From Dehalococcoidia bacterium (GTDB taxonomy: Bacteria > Chloroflexota > Dehalococcoidia > SM23-28-2 > WHTN01): a stretch of DNA of 57,503 nucleotides. The DNA lies in the NCBI GenBank assembly GCA_009377715.1, contig WHTN01000006.1, positions 1 to 57,503 on the forward strand, written 5' to 3'. The position numbers and the translations under genes are program-made. The notes below the pieces were generated by a model. It ran no database searches. It was not told where the DNA came from and saw nothing but the letters and a program-made list of their open reading frames with translations. Below, one piece after another: positions 9,009 to 17,742 of this stretch. Numbering within the stretch: position 1 is the stretch's first letter; each line of letters starts with the position of its first letter.

Positions 9009-9380
9009 CTATTGCCATTCTAGGCCGCCCTTGGCCCAGTCGTAGATAAGGCCGATGCTCAGTACCGCCAGGAAGACCACAACCCCGACGAAACCGAAGA
9101 TCCCGACCTCACCAAAGGACACAGCCCACGGGAAGAGAAAAACAAGCTCGACATCAAAAACAAGAAAAACCAGGGCGATGAGGTAGTAGCGCGGGTGGAA
9201 TTGCACCCAGGCGGTGCCTTCCGTCGGGACGCCACATTCGTAAGTGTCCTCTTTGACAGCGTCCGGCTTTTGGGGCCTGAACCGCAGCCAACCGAAGAGG
9301 TAAGAGGTCACTATCCCACCCAAAGGAAAGATAAGACCCATTATGAGAAGAAAGCCGACGTGGCCGAAATCGGAAAGCAT
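9009..9380 (-). CDS. nuoA: NADH-quinone oxidoreductase subunit A
   Basis: KEDTYECG, YYLIALVFLVFDVELVFLFPWA, YDWAKGGLEW. Confidence 0.96.
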   Translation of the reverse strand: MLSDFGHVGFLLIMGLIFPLGGIVTSYLFGWLRFRPQKPDAVKEDTYECGVPTEGTAWVQFHPRYYLIALVFLVFDVELVFLFPWAVSFGEVGIFGFVGVVVFLAVLSIGLIYDWAKGGLEWQ

Positions 9381-9415
9381 TACTTATTTGTGAAATTTAT
9401 CGTAATCGTTAAGGG

Positions 9416-9424
9416 AGTATAGCA
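9416..9424 (-). promoter_or_regulatory. Putative extended -10 promoter of the nuo operon
   Basis: Minus strand reads TGCTATACT (TGn-TATAAT-like) about 35 nt upstream of nuoA. Confidence 0.4.
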
Positions 9425-9581
9425 TAGCCGCCTACATAGAACAAGGGTGAATGTAATGTGTTGCAGACCAATTGGACGAAACAAGGACCCGTGTAACGGA
9501 GCCCCCTAACACTGCGTCTCTAATCATAAGCAACGGCAAGCAGTGTTGAGCAATGATCAACATTTATAAGGAAGGAAAGCC

Positions 9582-9785
9582 ATGTTGATGACAGTCCGGG
9601 AGGCAGCTACGTACCTAAGATGCCATACATCAACGATCTACCGACTTCTACGCGAAAACCAGCTTCCGGGCGTCAAAATCGGCAATCAGTGGCGGATAGA
9701 CACCGACATCTTGGCGAACCATCTGGGAATTGAAAGTGTTTCGCAGGACGAGGCGAATTCGAAAGTTCCAAGTATCCGACGATAG
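9582..9785 (+). CDS. Excisionase-family (HTH_17) DNA-binding protein
   Basis: MLMTVREAATYLRCHTSTIYRLLRENQLPGVKIGNQWRI pattern; AAGGAAGG ribosome-binding site upstream. Confidence 0.85.
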   Translation: MLMTVREAATYLRCHTSTIYRLLRENQLPGVKIGNQWRIDTDILANHLGIESVSQDEANSKVPSIRR

Positions 9786-9823
9786 CTAACGACGCGTGCT
9801 AACGATCTCAGCGGAGGAAAAGA

Positions 9824-11527
9824 TTGTTAAGACCTTCCCTATTTGTGGTTCTGCTGCTAACAGTTTTTACGGTTACCTTTCTAGCTTGCGAAGAGGAAAA
9901 CGGCACTAACGGCACATCGCAGCCATCGGGCTCTCAAGAGGTGAGTATGTGGCTTGCGGGCGAACCCGCGAGCATCGACCCTAACAGGGCCGTCTTCGAT
10001 GTCGAGGTTAGCGTGGTCCGGCAACTCTTCCGCGGCCTTCTCTGGTTCGACGAGCATCTGAAACTCGCCCCAATGGCCGCCGTGGAGGTGCCCTCAGTTG
10101 ATAACGGGGGTATCTCAAGAGACGGCCTCACCTACACCTTTAAGCTACGGGATGACCTGAAGTGGAGCGACGGCCAACCGCTCACTGCCAGCGACTTCGA
10201 GTACAGCTTTAAGCGTCTTTTGGACCCGGCAACCGCCTCGGATTACGCTTCTCTTTATTACATAGTGAAGGGAGCTCAGGAGTACAACAGTGCCACCGAT
10301 GGGGCTACCGACGTACTAGAGCGGCTCCGCAGCGAACTCGGAGTGAAGGCGACAGATGCAAAAACGCTAGTTTTTACTCTTGAAAGCGTCCGGCCTACCT
10401 TCCCTCAGCTTATGGCGCTTTGGCCAGTATCTCCAGTGCGGGCGGACGTTGTCCAGAAGCACGGTGACAGTTGGACCGAGCCGGGCAACTTAGTGGGTAA
10501 TGGCCCTTTCATTCTCAAAGAATGGGCGCACCAAGAGCAGATAGTCTTAGAGCCAAACCCTCACTGGTGGGGAGCCGATAAGCCGCAGCTAAGCAAAGTT
10601 ACCTTCAAAATCATCGAAGACCGTGCTCAAGCATATAACGCTTATTTAGCCGGCGAGCTAGACGTCGTCGTCGTGCCTCCAGAACAGATGGACTCGCTGC
10701 GTGGAAACGAGCAACTCAGTAAAGAATGGGTAGCTCATACCGACCTCGCTACTTTTGCCCATCAATTCAATAACACCATAGCGCCGTTCGACGATCCCAA
10801 AGTTAGGCAAGCGTTCTCTCTAGCTATCGACCGCGAGACCTTATCCAACGTCATTACTAAGGGCATCGACGCGGTCGCTTATAGCTGGCTGCCGCCCGGC
10901 ATGCCCGGTTATGACGAAAATCTCGGCAGCCAGTGGAAGTTTGACGCAAACAAGGCCAAAAACCTTTTATCGGAAGCGGGTTATCCTGAAGGCAGCGGCC
11001 TTCCAAAGATCACGTTCACGTACGCGAACAGCGGCAGCAGCCCACTGGTGGCTCAATTCACACAGGAACAATTCAAGCGGAACCTCGGTGTTGAGATCGA
11101 ACTCGAGCCACTTGAGCCTAGAGCCTTCCAACAGCGGGTTGGGAACGAGGAGTTCCAGATGTCGCTTCTAGGCTTCCTCGCCGACTATCCCGACCCTGAA
11201 AACTGGCTGCCGGACTTCTGGGGCTGCCGTAAATACGAGGGTGATGAGTGCACGCAGTTCGCCGGTAACAATCATATAGGGTACGCCAATCCGCAGTTCG
11301 ATTCTTTTGTAGGGCAAGCCGCCAGAGAACTGGACCCCGCGAAGAGAGTCGAATTGTATGCCAAGGCCCATAAAGTCTTGGTCGATGATGCGCCTGTCAT
11401 CTTCACCCGCTACCGCGGGCGCAGCTTGCTCATAAAGCCGCACCTGAAAGGCCTTACCAGGACAGCTATGGACGGAGGCATCGTAGGCGACTTCTTTTTG
11501 GAGAGGGTTTACGTAGATAAGGGATAG
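9824..11527 (+). CDS. oppA: Oligopeptide ABC transporter substrate-binding lipoprotein (OppA-like, family 5)
   Basis: Sec lipoprotein signal (FLAC), EPASIDP, DGLTYTFKLRDDLKWSDGQPLTASDF, GNGPF, KVRQAFSLAIDR. Confidence 0.9.
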   Translation: MLRPSLFVVLLLTVFTVTFLACEEENGTNGTSQPSGSQEVSMWLAGEPASIDPNRAVFDVEVSVVRQLFRGLLWFDEHLKLAPMAAVEVPSVDNGGISRDGLTYTFKLRDDLKWSDGQPLTASDFEYSFKRLLDPATASDYASLYYIVKGAQEYNSATDGATDVLERLRSELGVKATDAKTLVFTLESVRPTFPQLMALWPVSPVRADVVQKHGDSWTEPGNLVGNGPFILKEWAHQEQIVLEPNPHWWGADKPQLSKVTFKIIEDRAQAYNAYLAGELDVVVVPPEQMDSLRGNEQLSKEWVAHTDLATFAHQFNNTIAPFDDPKVRQAFSLAIDRETLSNVITKGIDAVAYSWLPPGMPGYDENLGSQWKFDANKAKNLLSEAGYPEGSGLPKITFTYANSGSSPLVAQFTQEQFKRNLGVEIELEPLEPRAFQQRVGNEEFQMSLLGFLADYPDPENWLPDFWGCRKYEGDECTQFAGNNHIGYANPQFDSFVGQAARELDPAKRVELYAKAHKVLVDDAPVIFTRYRGRSLLIKPHLKGLTRTAMDGGIVGDFFLERVYVDKG

Positions 11528-11565
11528 CAAGTGTGAGAGCGGAACATAATTAGCTTGAACACAAA

Positions 11566-11683
11566 TGTCATTCTGAGCGACCGAAAGGGAGCGAAGAATC
11601 TTACGAAGCAACTATATGACCATTTGACTGTAAGACCCTTCGCGGAGTTTTATGCTGAGCGAAGCGAAGTGCTCAGGGTGACA
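11566..11683. repeat. REP-like inverted pair
   Basis: TGTCATTCTGAGCGACCGAAAGGGAGCGAAGAATCTTAC ... GTAAGACCCTTCGC...GCTCAGGGTGACA. Confidence 0.8.
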
Positions 11684-11718
11684 AAATAGCCCCATAGCAC
11701 TTTCTGCACAACTTTAGT

Positions 11719-12636
11719 ATGGCTGGTTATCTGGTACGCAGGACCCTGTGGCTGGGGGTAGTCCTGTTCCTCGTCGCTCTCATCACCTTCGTCCTCATGC
11801 ACGCCGTACCCGGCGGGCCGTGGGACCGCGAGAAAACGCTCGCCCCGGCGATCGTAGCTAACCTTAACCAACGCTACGGCCTAGACGATCCGCTGTGGCA
11901 ACAGTTCGTTGACTATGTCACGCGCTCACTGCGCGGCGACCTCGGCGTCTCGTATATCTACCAAGACAGGCCGGTGGCGGAGATCATATCGGACAGCTTT
12001 CCCACTACTGCCGCCCTTGGTTTACTGGCGCTCGTATTCGCCCTTGTGGTCGGTCTCACCCTTGGCGTTGTGTCGTCAATGCGGCCGAACAGCGCTCTCG
12101 ATTACGTCAGCGTGCTTTTCGCCACTATTGGCGCAAGCGTGCCGAACTTCGTTGTCGGCATCTTGCTCGTCGTAATCTTCGCTGTGAAGCTGGGCTGGCT
12201 GCCGACAGGCGGCTGGGGCGATCCCAAAGAGGCGGTACTGCCGGCGTTCACGCTCGGGCTGCTGCCTGCGGCCTATCTCGCCAGAATAACGCGAGCGAGC
12301 ATGCTCGAAGTCCTTCGGCAGGACTACGTGCGGCTCGCTTGGGCGAAAGGCTTGCCGGAACGTACGGTTATGGTAAGACACGCCTTCCGAAACGCTCTAA
12401 TACCAGTCCTGACCGTGGCTGGCCCTCTGGCTGCAACCCTCGTAACAGGATCTTTCATCGTCGAGACGGTCTTCTCGGTCCCGGGCATTGGCCGCCTCTT
12501 CGTACAAGCGGTCTTCCAACGAGACTACGGCCTCATCATGGGCACAGTGCTCTTCTATGCATTCTTAGTGGCTACAGCCAACTTCATCGTGGATATGCTA
12601 TATGCTGCAGTTGATCCGCGGATTCGCTACCGCTAG
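11719..12636 (+). CDS. oppB: Oligopeptide ABC transporter permease
   Basis: YGLDDPLWQQF, GDLGVSY, EAA-region QDYVRLAWAKGL, HAFRNALIP, C-terminal DPRIR. Confidence 0.92.
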   Translation: MAGYLVRRTLWLGVVLFLVALITFVLMHAVPGGPWDREKTLAPAIVANLNQRYGLDDPLWQQFVDYVTRSLRGDLGVSYIYQDRPVAEIISDSFPTTAALGLLALVFALVVGLTLGVVSSMRPNSALDYVSVLFATIGASVPNFVVGILLVVIFAVKLGWLPTGGWGDPKEAVLPAFTLGLLPAAYLARITRASMLEVLRQDYVRLAWAKGLPERTVMVRHAFRNALIPVLTVAGPLAATLVTGSFIVETVFSVPGIGRLFVQAVFQRDYGLIMGTVLFYAFLVATANFIVDMLYAAVDPRIRYR

Positions 12637-13531
12637 GCGCGGGGCGGCTGCGCAGGCTCGCGATACGGATGGTATCGAGCGGCCGCCGCGTTCCAGTAGC
12701 CTTTGGAGCGACGCTTTTCGACGCTTGCTGAAAAACCGTCTCGCGGTTAGCGGCCTCGTGTTTATTATCACCGTGTCTGCTGTAGCCATCCTGGCGCCTC
12801 TAATAGCTCCGTACGACCCAACGCTTCAGGATTACAGCATCGTTCAGCAAGGCCCGAGCTGGGGCCATCCCTTCGGGACGGACGCCTTGGGCCGCGACCA
12901 GCTAAGCCGCGTCATATATGGGGCGAGGACATCGCTCGCTGTCGGCGTCTTCGCTGGAGCGCTCGCGTTAAGCATCGCCATAGCTGTAGCGGCGCTGGCA
13001 GCGATAGGCGGCCGCCTCGGTGACACCGTGGCGATGCGCTTTACGGACGTAATTTACGCCTTCCCCGAGCTGCTATTTATCATCCTCTTAGCCGCTGTGA
13101 TGGGCAGCAGCCTCACAAGCTTATTCTTCGCCATTGGACTTGTCGCGTGGCCGGATAGCGCTAGGATCATCCGCGCTCAGATGCTATCGCTGCAGGAGCG
13201 GGAGTTCGTAGCTGCGGCCGAAGTTCTCGGCGCGTCGAAGAAGCGTATAGTATTCCAGCACATGCTACCGAACACGGTCGGGCCCCTCATAGTGGTAACA
13301 ACCTTCGGTATACCGCGGGCTATTCTGGCGGAGGCCACCTTGAGCTTCCTGGGTATTGGCATTAAGCCACCGACGCCTAGCTGGGGAAGCATGGTGCAAG
13401 AAGGGTACGCCGCTGTCCTGGCTACGCCAGCCTTGGTATTGTTTCCGGCACTGGCGATAGCGCTGGTGATGATGGCCTTCACCTTCCTCGGCGACGGCCT
13501 CCGCGACGCGTTGGATCCGCGCACGCGATAA
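12602..13531 (+). CDS. oppC: Oligopeptide ABC transporter permease (start uncertain)
   Basis: HPFGTDALGRDQLSRVIYGARTSL, EFVAAAEVLGA, AEATLSFLGIG, GDGLRDALDPR. Confidence 0.92.
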   Translation: MLQLIRGFATARRGAAAQARDTDGIERPPRSSSLWSDAFRRLLKNRLAVSGLVFIITVSAVAILAPLIAPYDPTLQDYSIVQQGPSWGHPFGTDALGRDQLSRVIYGARTSLAVGVFAGALALSIAIAVAALAAIGGRLGDTVAMRFTDVIYAFPELLFIILLAAVMGSSLTSLFFAIGLVAWPDSARIIRAQMLSLQEREFVAAAEVLGASKKRIVFQHMLPNTVGPLIVVTTFGIPRAILAEATLSFLGIGIKPPTPSWGSMVQEGYAAVLATPALVLFPALAIALVMMAFTFLGDGLRDALDPRTR

Positions 13532-13550
13532 CTAATCTTGGGTTCCTTCT

Positions 13551-13649
13551 CCGCTCACCCTGAGCCTGTCGAAGGGCGTCCAAAATTTGGCAATCGTTGT
13601 CTCAACTCAGAGATTGCTTCGGCACACTTGCAGTGACCTCGCAATGACA
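13551..13649. repeat. Composite REP-like element
   Basis: CCGCTCACCCTGAGCCTGTCGAAGGG (reverse complement of the 7104 unit) plus GAGATTGCTTCG...CTCGCAATGACA. Confidence 0.8.
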
Positions 13650-13708
13650 CCCGCCGTCTTCGCTGTGCTATATTACGAATATCGAAAGCATCCTAAAGGA
13701 GGCCTACA

Positions 13709-14983
13709 ATGGTCAACCTGAACGAGCTTGTAAATCCCGCGACGGGCATGGTCAACCGTAACATCTACGTAGATCGCGAGATCTACGAGCAAGAGTTGGA
13801 GAAGATATTCGCCCGTTGTTGGTGCTACCTCGGTCACGAATCGCAAGTACCGAACCCTGGCGATTTTGTCGCCTCGTACATCGGCGAAGACCCAGTGCTG
13901 GTAGTACGAGACTCTCGCGGCAAGATAGGAGCGTTCCTGAACACCTGTCGCCACCGCGGCATGCGCGTCTGCCGGGCGGACGAGGGGAACGCAGCCGCGT
14001 TCACCTGTACGTACCATGGCTGGACGTATGGCAACGACGGCAAGCTCGTGGGCGTGCCGGGTTACAAGGAGTACTACTACGAAGAGTTGGATATGGAGCA
14101 ATGGGGCCTCGTGCCCGTGGCACAGGTTGATTCTTACAAAGGTATGATATTCGGCACGTTCGACGCGAATGCTACCTCGCTCCCAGAATATCTCGGCGAT
14201 ATGACCTTCTACCTGGACATCCTCATCGATAGGCGCGAGGGTGGCTCGGAGATTATAGGGGGCGTGCACAAGTGGATAATGCCCTGCAACTGGAAGTTCG
14301 CCGCCGAGAACTTCGGCGGCGACGGTTACCACTTCCCCATCACGCACATCTCTGCGTTCGCTTCCGGGGCGCGGCGAGACCAGGCGATACGCCGAGCCAC
14401 GGGCATCGGCACCGAGTCTACCCAATTCGTCGTCAGCCCGGGAAACGGCCACAACGTGATGACCGGCGTCCACAACGGCGTGCCGCCCGAAGGACCGACG
14501 GAGCTCTTCGACGACTACATCGTGCAGATCTTTCCCGAGATGGAAGAGAGGCTTGGCCCCCTGCGAGCGCGCATGTCGGGCGGTGTCGGCAACATATTCC
14601 CGAACATGTCGTTCCTGCGCGGCGGCGGCTCAGGCGCGCATACCCTGCGGGTGTGGCATCCCCGCGGTCCGGACAAGATAGAAGTGTGGTCGTGGGCGAT
14701 CGTCGATAAGAAAGCGCCGCCCGAGATCAAGGAAGCGAACAGATTCTATTGCACCGGGTCGTTCAGTCCCGGCGGCATCTTCGAAATGGACGACGCCGAG
14801 AACTGGGTGGCGGCCACACAGGCGAGTTCAGGCTATATGGGTCGGCAGCAGGTGTTCAACTACTCGATGGCGGTGGGCCATCAGCGTACCAGCGAAGACC
14901 ATCCTGGCTCGCTCGGGCCATCGCCGAGCGAGCATAACCAGCGAAATCTGTACGCTCGCTGGCTGGAACTGATGAATAGCTAG
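13709..14983 (+). CDS. Rieske ring-hydroxylating oxygenase alpha subunit (copy 1)
   Basis: Rieske CRHRG...CTYHGW; mononuclear Fe ligands DGYHFPITH and EMDDAENW; CNWKFAAENF resembles HcaE/BphA1-type alpha subunits. Confidence 0.95.
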   Translation: MVNLNELVNPATGMVNRNIYVDREIYEQELEKIFARCWCYLGHESQVPNPGDFVASYIGEDPVLVVRDSRGKIGAFLNTCRHRGMRVCRADEGNAAAFTCTYHGWTYGNDGKLVGVPGYKEYYYEELDMEQWGLVPVAQVDSYKGMIFGTFDANATSLPEYLGDMTFYLDILIDRREGGSEIIGGVHKWIMPCNWKFAAENFGGDGYHFPITHISAFASGARRDQAIRRATGIGTESTQFVVSPGNGHNVMTGVHNGVPPEGPTELFDDYIVQIFPEMEERLGPLRARMSGGVGNIFPNMSFLRGGGSGAHTLRVWHPRGPDKIEVWSWAIVDKKAPPEIKEANRFYCTGSFSPGGIFEMDDAENWVAATQASSGYMGRQQVFNYSMAVGHQRTSEDHPGSLGPSPSEHNQRNLYARWLELMNS

Positions 14984-15087
14984 CACGAAAGCTGCAAAGT
15001 CGCCCGCTTTTTTTATACTTCCTTAACACCTTCTTTAAGGGAGAGGAGTATCCTGGAGAAGGAGGATATAATAGAAGGAGGTTGAAC

Positions 15088-15537
15088 ATGGCAGTAAAAC
15101 CGATTCCAGAGGGCTATCACACCGTTACGCCTGGTATGGCAGTCCCTAACGTAAAGGGCGTGATCGAATTCCTCAAGCAGGCGTTCGGCGCTGAAATGAT
15201 AGAGGAGCCTATGATGCGGCCAGACGGCGGCGTCATGCACGCCGAAGTAAAGATCGGCGACTCCATCATCATGTTGGGCGAACCGATGGGCGAGCAGTGG
15301 GGCCCTATGCCCGGCAGCTTCTGTTTGTACGTTCCTGATACTGACTCGGTCTACAAGCGAGCGCTTCAAGCCGGAGGCGAAACGCTTATGGAGCCAGCCG
15401 ACCAGTTCTGGGGCGACCGCATGGCCGGCGTCAAAGACAAGGGCGGCAACTTCTGGTGGCTGGCGACGCGCGTTGAGGAGGTATCGCGTGAGGAGATGGG
15501 CAAGCGCGCGGAAGCGTTCATGGGGCAAAATCGCTAG
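15088..15537 (+). CDS. VOC/glyoxalase family protein (PhnB-like)
   Basis: VKPIPEGYHTVTP, MHAEVKIGDSIIML, DQFWGDRMAGVKD; AAGGAGG ribosome-binding site before ATG 15088. Confidence 0.9.
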   Translation: MAVKPIPEGYHTVTPGMAVPNVKGVIEFLKQAFGAEMIEEPMMRPDGGVMHAEVKIGDSIIMLGEPMGEQWGPMPGSFCLYVPDTDSVYKRALQAGGETLMEPADQFWGDRMAGVKDKGGNFWWLATRVEEVSREEMGKRAEAFMGQNR

Positions 15538-15630
15538 GTAAGTAACGGAGTAACGCGCATCGGCATGCAGCCTTGCTAAGTTGAGCGACGCGCGTTAAAA
15601 TAGCACAAAAGTAGGGAAAAGGAGGAACAA

Positions 15631-16497
15631 ATGGCAGACGTACAAACTAGAACCAGAGTCCTACACCTTCCCGATGAGATAGCCAAGGGCGGTTTTCACC
15701 CGTTGCAAGGACCGAATGCGGGTAGGCTCGGCGGCTACACAATTTTGGACCTGGCGCCTGACAAGGAGCGCACCAAGCACCTCGTCGAAATCGTGAATAT
15801 CGAGCCGGGGAGCAGCAAGTTTAACCATTATCACGACGGCGCAGAGACCATTACTATCATCCTAGAGGGCGAAGGCGAGTACGTCCTCGATGAGGATAAG
15901 ACCGTTCCCGTGAAGCCGGGGGACATCTGCATGTCCCTACCTGGTCAAATTCATGGCTCTCGTAACACCGGCAAGGGTCCGCTTCGCTACTTCGTCGTGG
16001 AAGGGCCACTGCCCCTCCAGATGCAGGAAGGGGCAAGGCCAAAGCCAGGCGACACGCCCAACCGCAAGCTGAACCTTAAGGAAGTAATCGATACCTGGAA
16101 GTTCGTGGAGATAGCGCCGGAGAACATGCCCGCTCAGATGCGCGGCCCGCAGGGCCCTTCCCGCGGCCAACGGCCCGAGCTAGCGGGCTACACTGTGGTC
16201 TTCCTGGTTGACCATCCGGACAGCCTTCACCAGGTAGAGATCGTGAACATCGAACCTGGGCATGGCAAGTTTGCCCATTATCACGACAACGCTGAGACAT
16301 TCCAATACTTCGTAGAGGGCGAAGGCGAGTTCGTGCTAGGCGATGGCAACACCGTGCCGGTGAAGCCCGGCTCCATGACCCACGCTTTCCCGGGCGAAGT
16401 CCACGGCACTGTTAACAAGGGCAACACGCCCCTTCGTTACGTAGTGATCGAAGGACCTCTACCGCTCGGCGGCACTAACCCCGTTGAAGTGCACTAG
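15631..16497 (+). CDS. Bicupin protein (copy 1)
   Basis: Two cupin domains, each with HxHxxAE...EGEG...PG..HG..N.G..PLRY. Confidence 0.88.
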   Translation: MADVQTRTRVLHLPDEIAKGGFHPLQGPNAGRLGGYTILDLAPDKERTKHLVEIVNIEPGSSKFNHYHDGAETITIILEGEGEYVLDEDKTVPVKPGDICMSLPGQIHGSRNTGKGPLRYFVVEGPLPLQMQEGARPKPGDTPNRKLNLKEVIDTWKFVEIAPENMPAQMRGPQGPSRGQRPELAGYTVVFLVDHPDSLHQVEIVNIEPGHGKFAHYHDNAETFQYFVEGEGEFVLGDGNTVPVKPGSMTHAFPGEVHGTVNKGNTPLRYVVIEGPLPLGGTNPVEVH

Positions 16498-16518
16498 ACC
16501 GTACAGATCGAAGAATAA

Positions 16519-16562
16519 GCGACCTAAAGGTCGCCACTGGCAGCCTAAAGGCTGCCCTCTAC
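16519..16562. repeat. Doublet of short TAAA-loop hairpins (GTAG-type REP-like)
   Basis: GCGACC-TAAA-GGTCGC and GGCAGCC-TAAA-GGCTGCC-CTCTAC (minus strand starts GTAG); similar hairpin CCCCAGCC-TAAA-GGCTGGGG at about 29383. Confidence 0.55.
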
Positions 16563-16666
16563 ATTACGTCCTTCGAAATACTTGTCAGGCTACGGCATAT
16601 TATGCTAAAGTGTGCGAAAAGTAGGCTCATATAGGATGATGCCTACATATCAGGTAGGAGGAGCAA

Positions 16667-17536
16667 ATGGCAGACGTACAAACTAGGACACGGACGTGGG
16701 ATATCCCCGCTGAAATTGCCAAGGGTGACTTCGGCCCAGTCCCTGGGATCGACATGAGTAAGTTGCCAGGATATACGGTCAAGGTCCTGGTCGACGACCC
16801 GAAGACGCAGCACCTCATCGAGATCGTCAACATCGACCCTGGCATGAGCAAGTACAACCACTGGCACGAGAACGCCGAGACCGTCACGATTTTCCTCGAA
16901 GGCGAAGGTGATTACGTCCTGGACGAGGACAAGACGATGCCGATTAAGCCCGGCTTCATCTGCTCGGCGCTGCCAGGCGAGGTTCACGGCGCCCGCAACA
17001 CCGGCAACGTGCCGCTTCGCTACTTGGTAGTCGAAGGCCCGCTCCCCCTAGGCATGCGGGAAGGTGCCAGGCCACTGGACGGCAGCAGGCCCAACCGCGT
17101 TCTCGACTCCAAAGAGGTGATCGCTACCTGGAAGTTCGTACCGATCGCCCCGGAGAACATGCCCGCTCAGTTGCGCCAGCCAGCGCCGGACCCGAGCGCT
17201 CCCCGCACGAACCCCGAGCTTCGTGGCTACACCGTAGTCTTCCTAGTAGACCACGAAGACAGCAAGCACATGGTCGAGATTGTCAACATCGAGCCCGGCC
17301 AGGGCAAGTATGCTCACGTCCACCAGAACGCAGAGACCGTCCTCTACTTCCTGGAAGGCGAGGGCGAGTTCGTAATGGACAACGGCGCGAAGCTGCCCGT
17401 GAGGCCTGGCACGATGTGCCACGCCTTCCCCGGCGAAGTCCACGGCACGATAAACAAGGGCAACACGCCACTTCGTTACGTCGTCGTCGAAGGCCCGACG
17501 CCGATCGGCGGCACCACTGCCGTCGAGGTCCACTAG
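16667..17536 (+). CDS. Bicupin protein (copy 2, tandem paralog)
   Basis: Same N-terminus MADVQTRTR and C-terminus VEVH as copy 1; two HxH...E...H cupin motifs. Confidence 0.88.
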   Translation: MADVQTRTRTWDIPAEIAKGDFGPVPGIDMSKLPGYTVKVLVDDPKTQHLIEIVNIDPGMSKYNHWHENAETVTIFLEGEGDYVLDEDKTMPIKPGFICSALPGEVHGARNTGNVPLRYLVVEGPLPLGMREGARPLDGSRPNRVLDSKEVIATWKFVPIAPENMPAQLRQPAPDPSAPRTNPELRGYTVVFLVDHEDSKHMVEIVNIEPGQGKYAHVHQNAETVLYFLEGEGEFVMDNGAKLPVRPGTMCHAFPGEVHGTINKGNTPLRYVVVEGPTPIGGTTAVEVH

Positions 17537-17553
17537 TCCATAAGGGATTCAAA

Positions 17554-17597
17554 AATAAAAGTAGACGGGCAGTAAAAACTGCCCGTCTACTTTATTA
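17554..17597. terminator. Rho-independent terminator (potentially bidirectional)
   Basis: 20-bp perfect inverted repeat AATAAAAGTAGACGGGCAGT / ACTGCCCGTCTACTTTTATT just after the cupin pair. Confidence 0.9.
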
Positions 17598-17742
17598 GCG
17601 CTTATCAACCAGCGGTCTATATTGCTCGTGATATCGGCTATGGAAATAGCTGATAAAAGTTTCTCTTATTGACCGTAAGTCTAGTTGAGTGTATAAGGGT
17701 TTTACTACAAAATTCGCTAAAGGCGGAAGGAGAAAGACGTTA

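Noticed and set aside
9582-9785. Prophage or integrative element marked by the excisionase-like gene
   Set aside because: No integrase, att-like repeats, tRNA target or phage genes nearby.
2269-13649. CRISPR array or tRNA/ncRNA interpretation of the recurring 25-30 nt units
   Set aside because: Units are dispersed, occur as inverted pairs without regular unique spacers, and there are no cas genes or cloverleaf structures.
15088-15537. Extradiol ring-cleavage dioxygenase
   Set aside because: It is a single small VOC protein with PhnB-like motifs and no recognisable extradiol His-His-Glu ligand pattern.
15560-15580. Sigma-54 promoter upstream of the cupin genes
   Set aside because: GG-to-GC spacing is 11 nt here and 8 nt before the second cupin, not the required 10.
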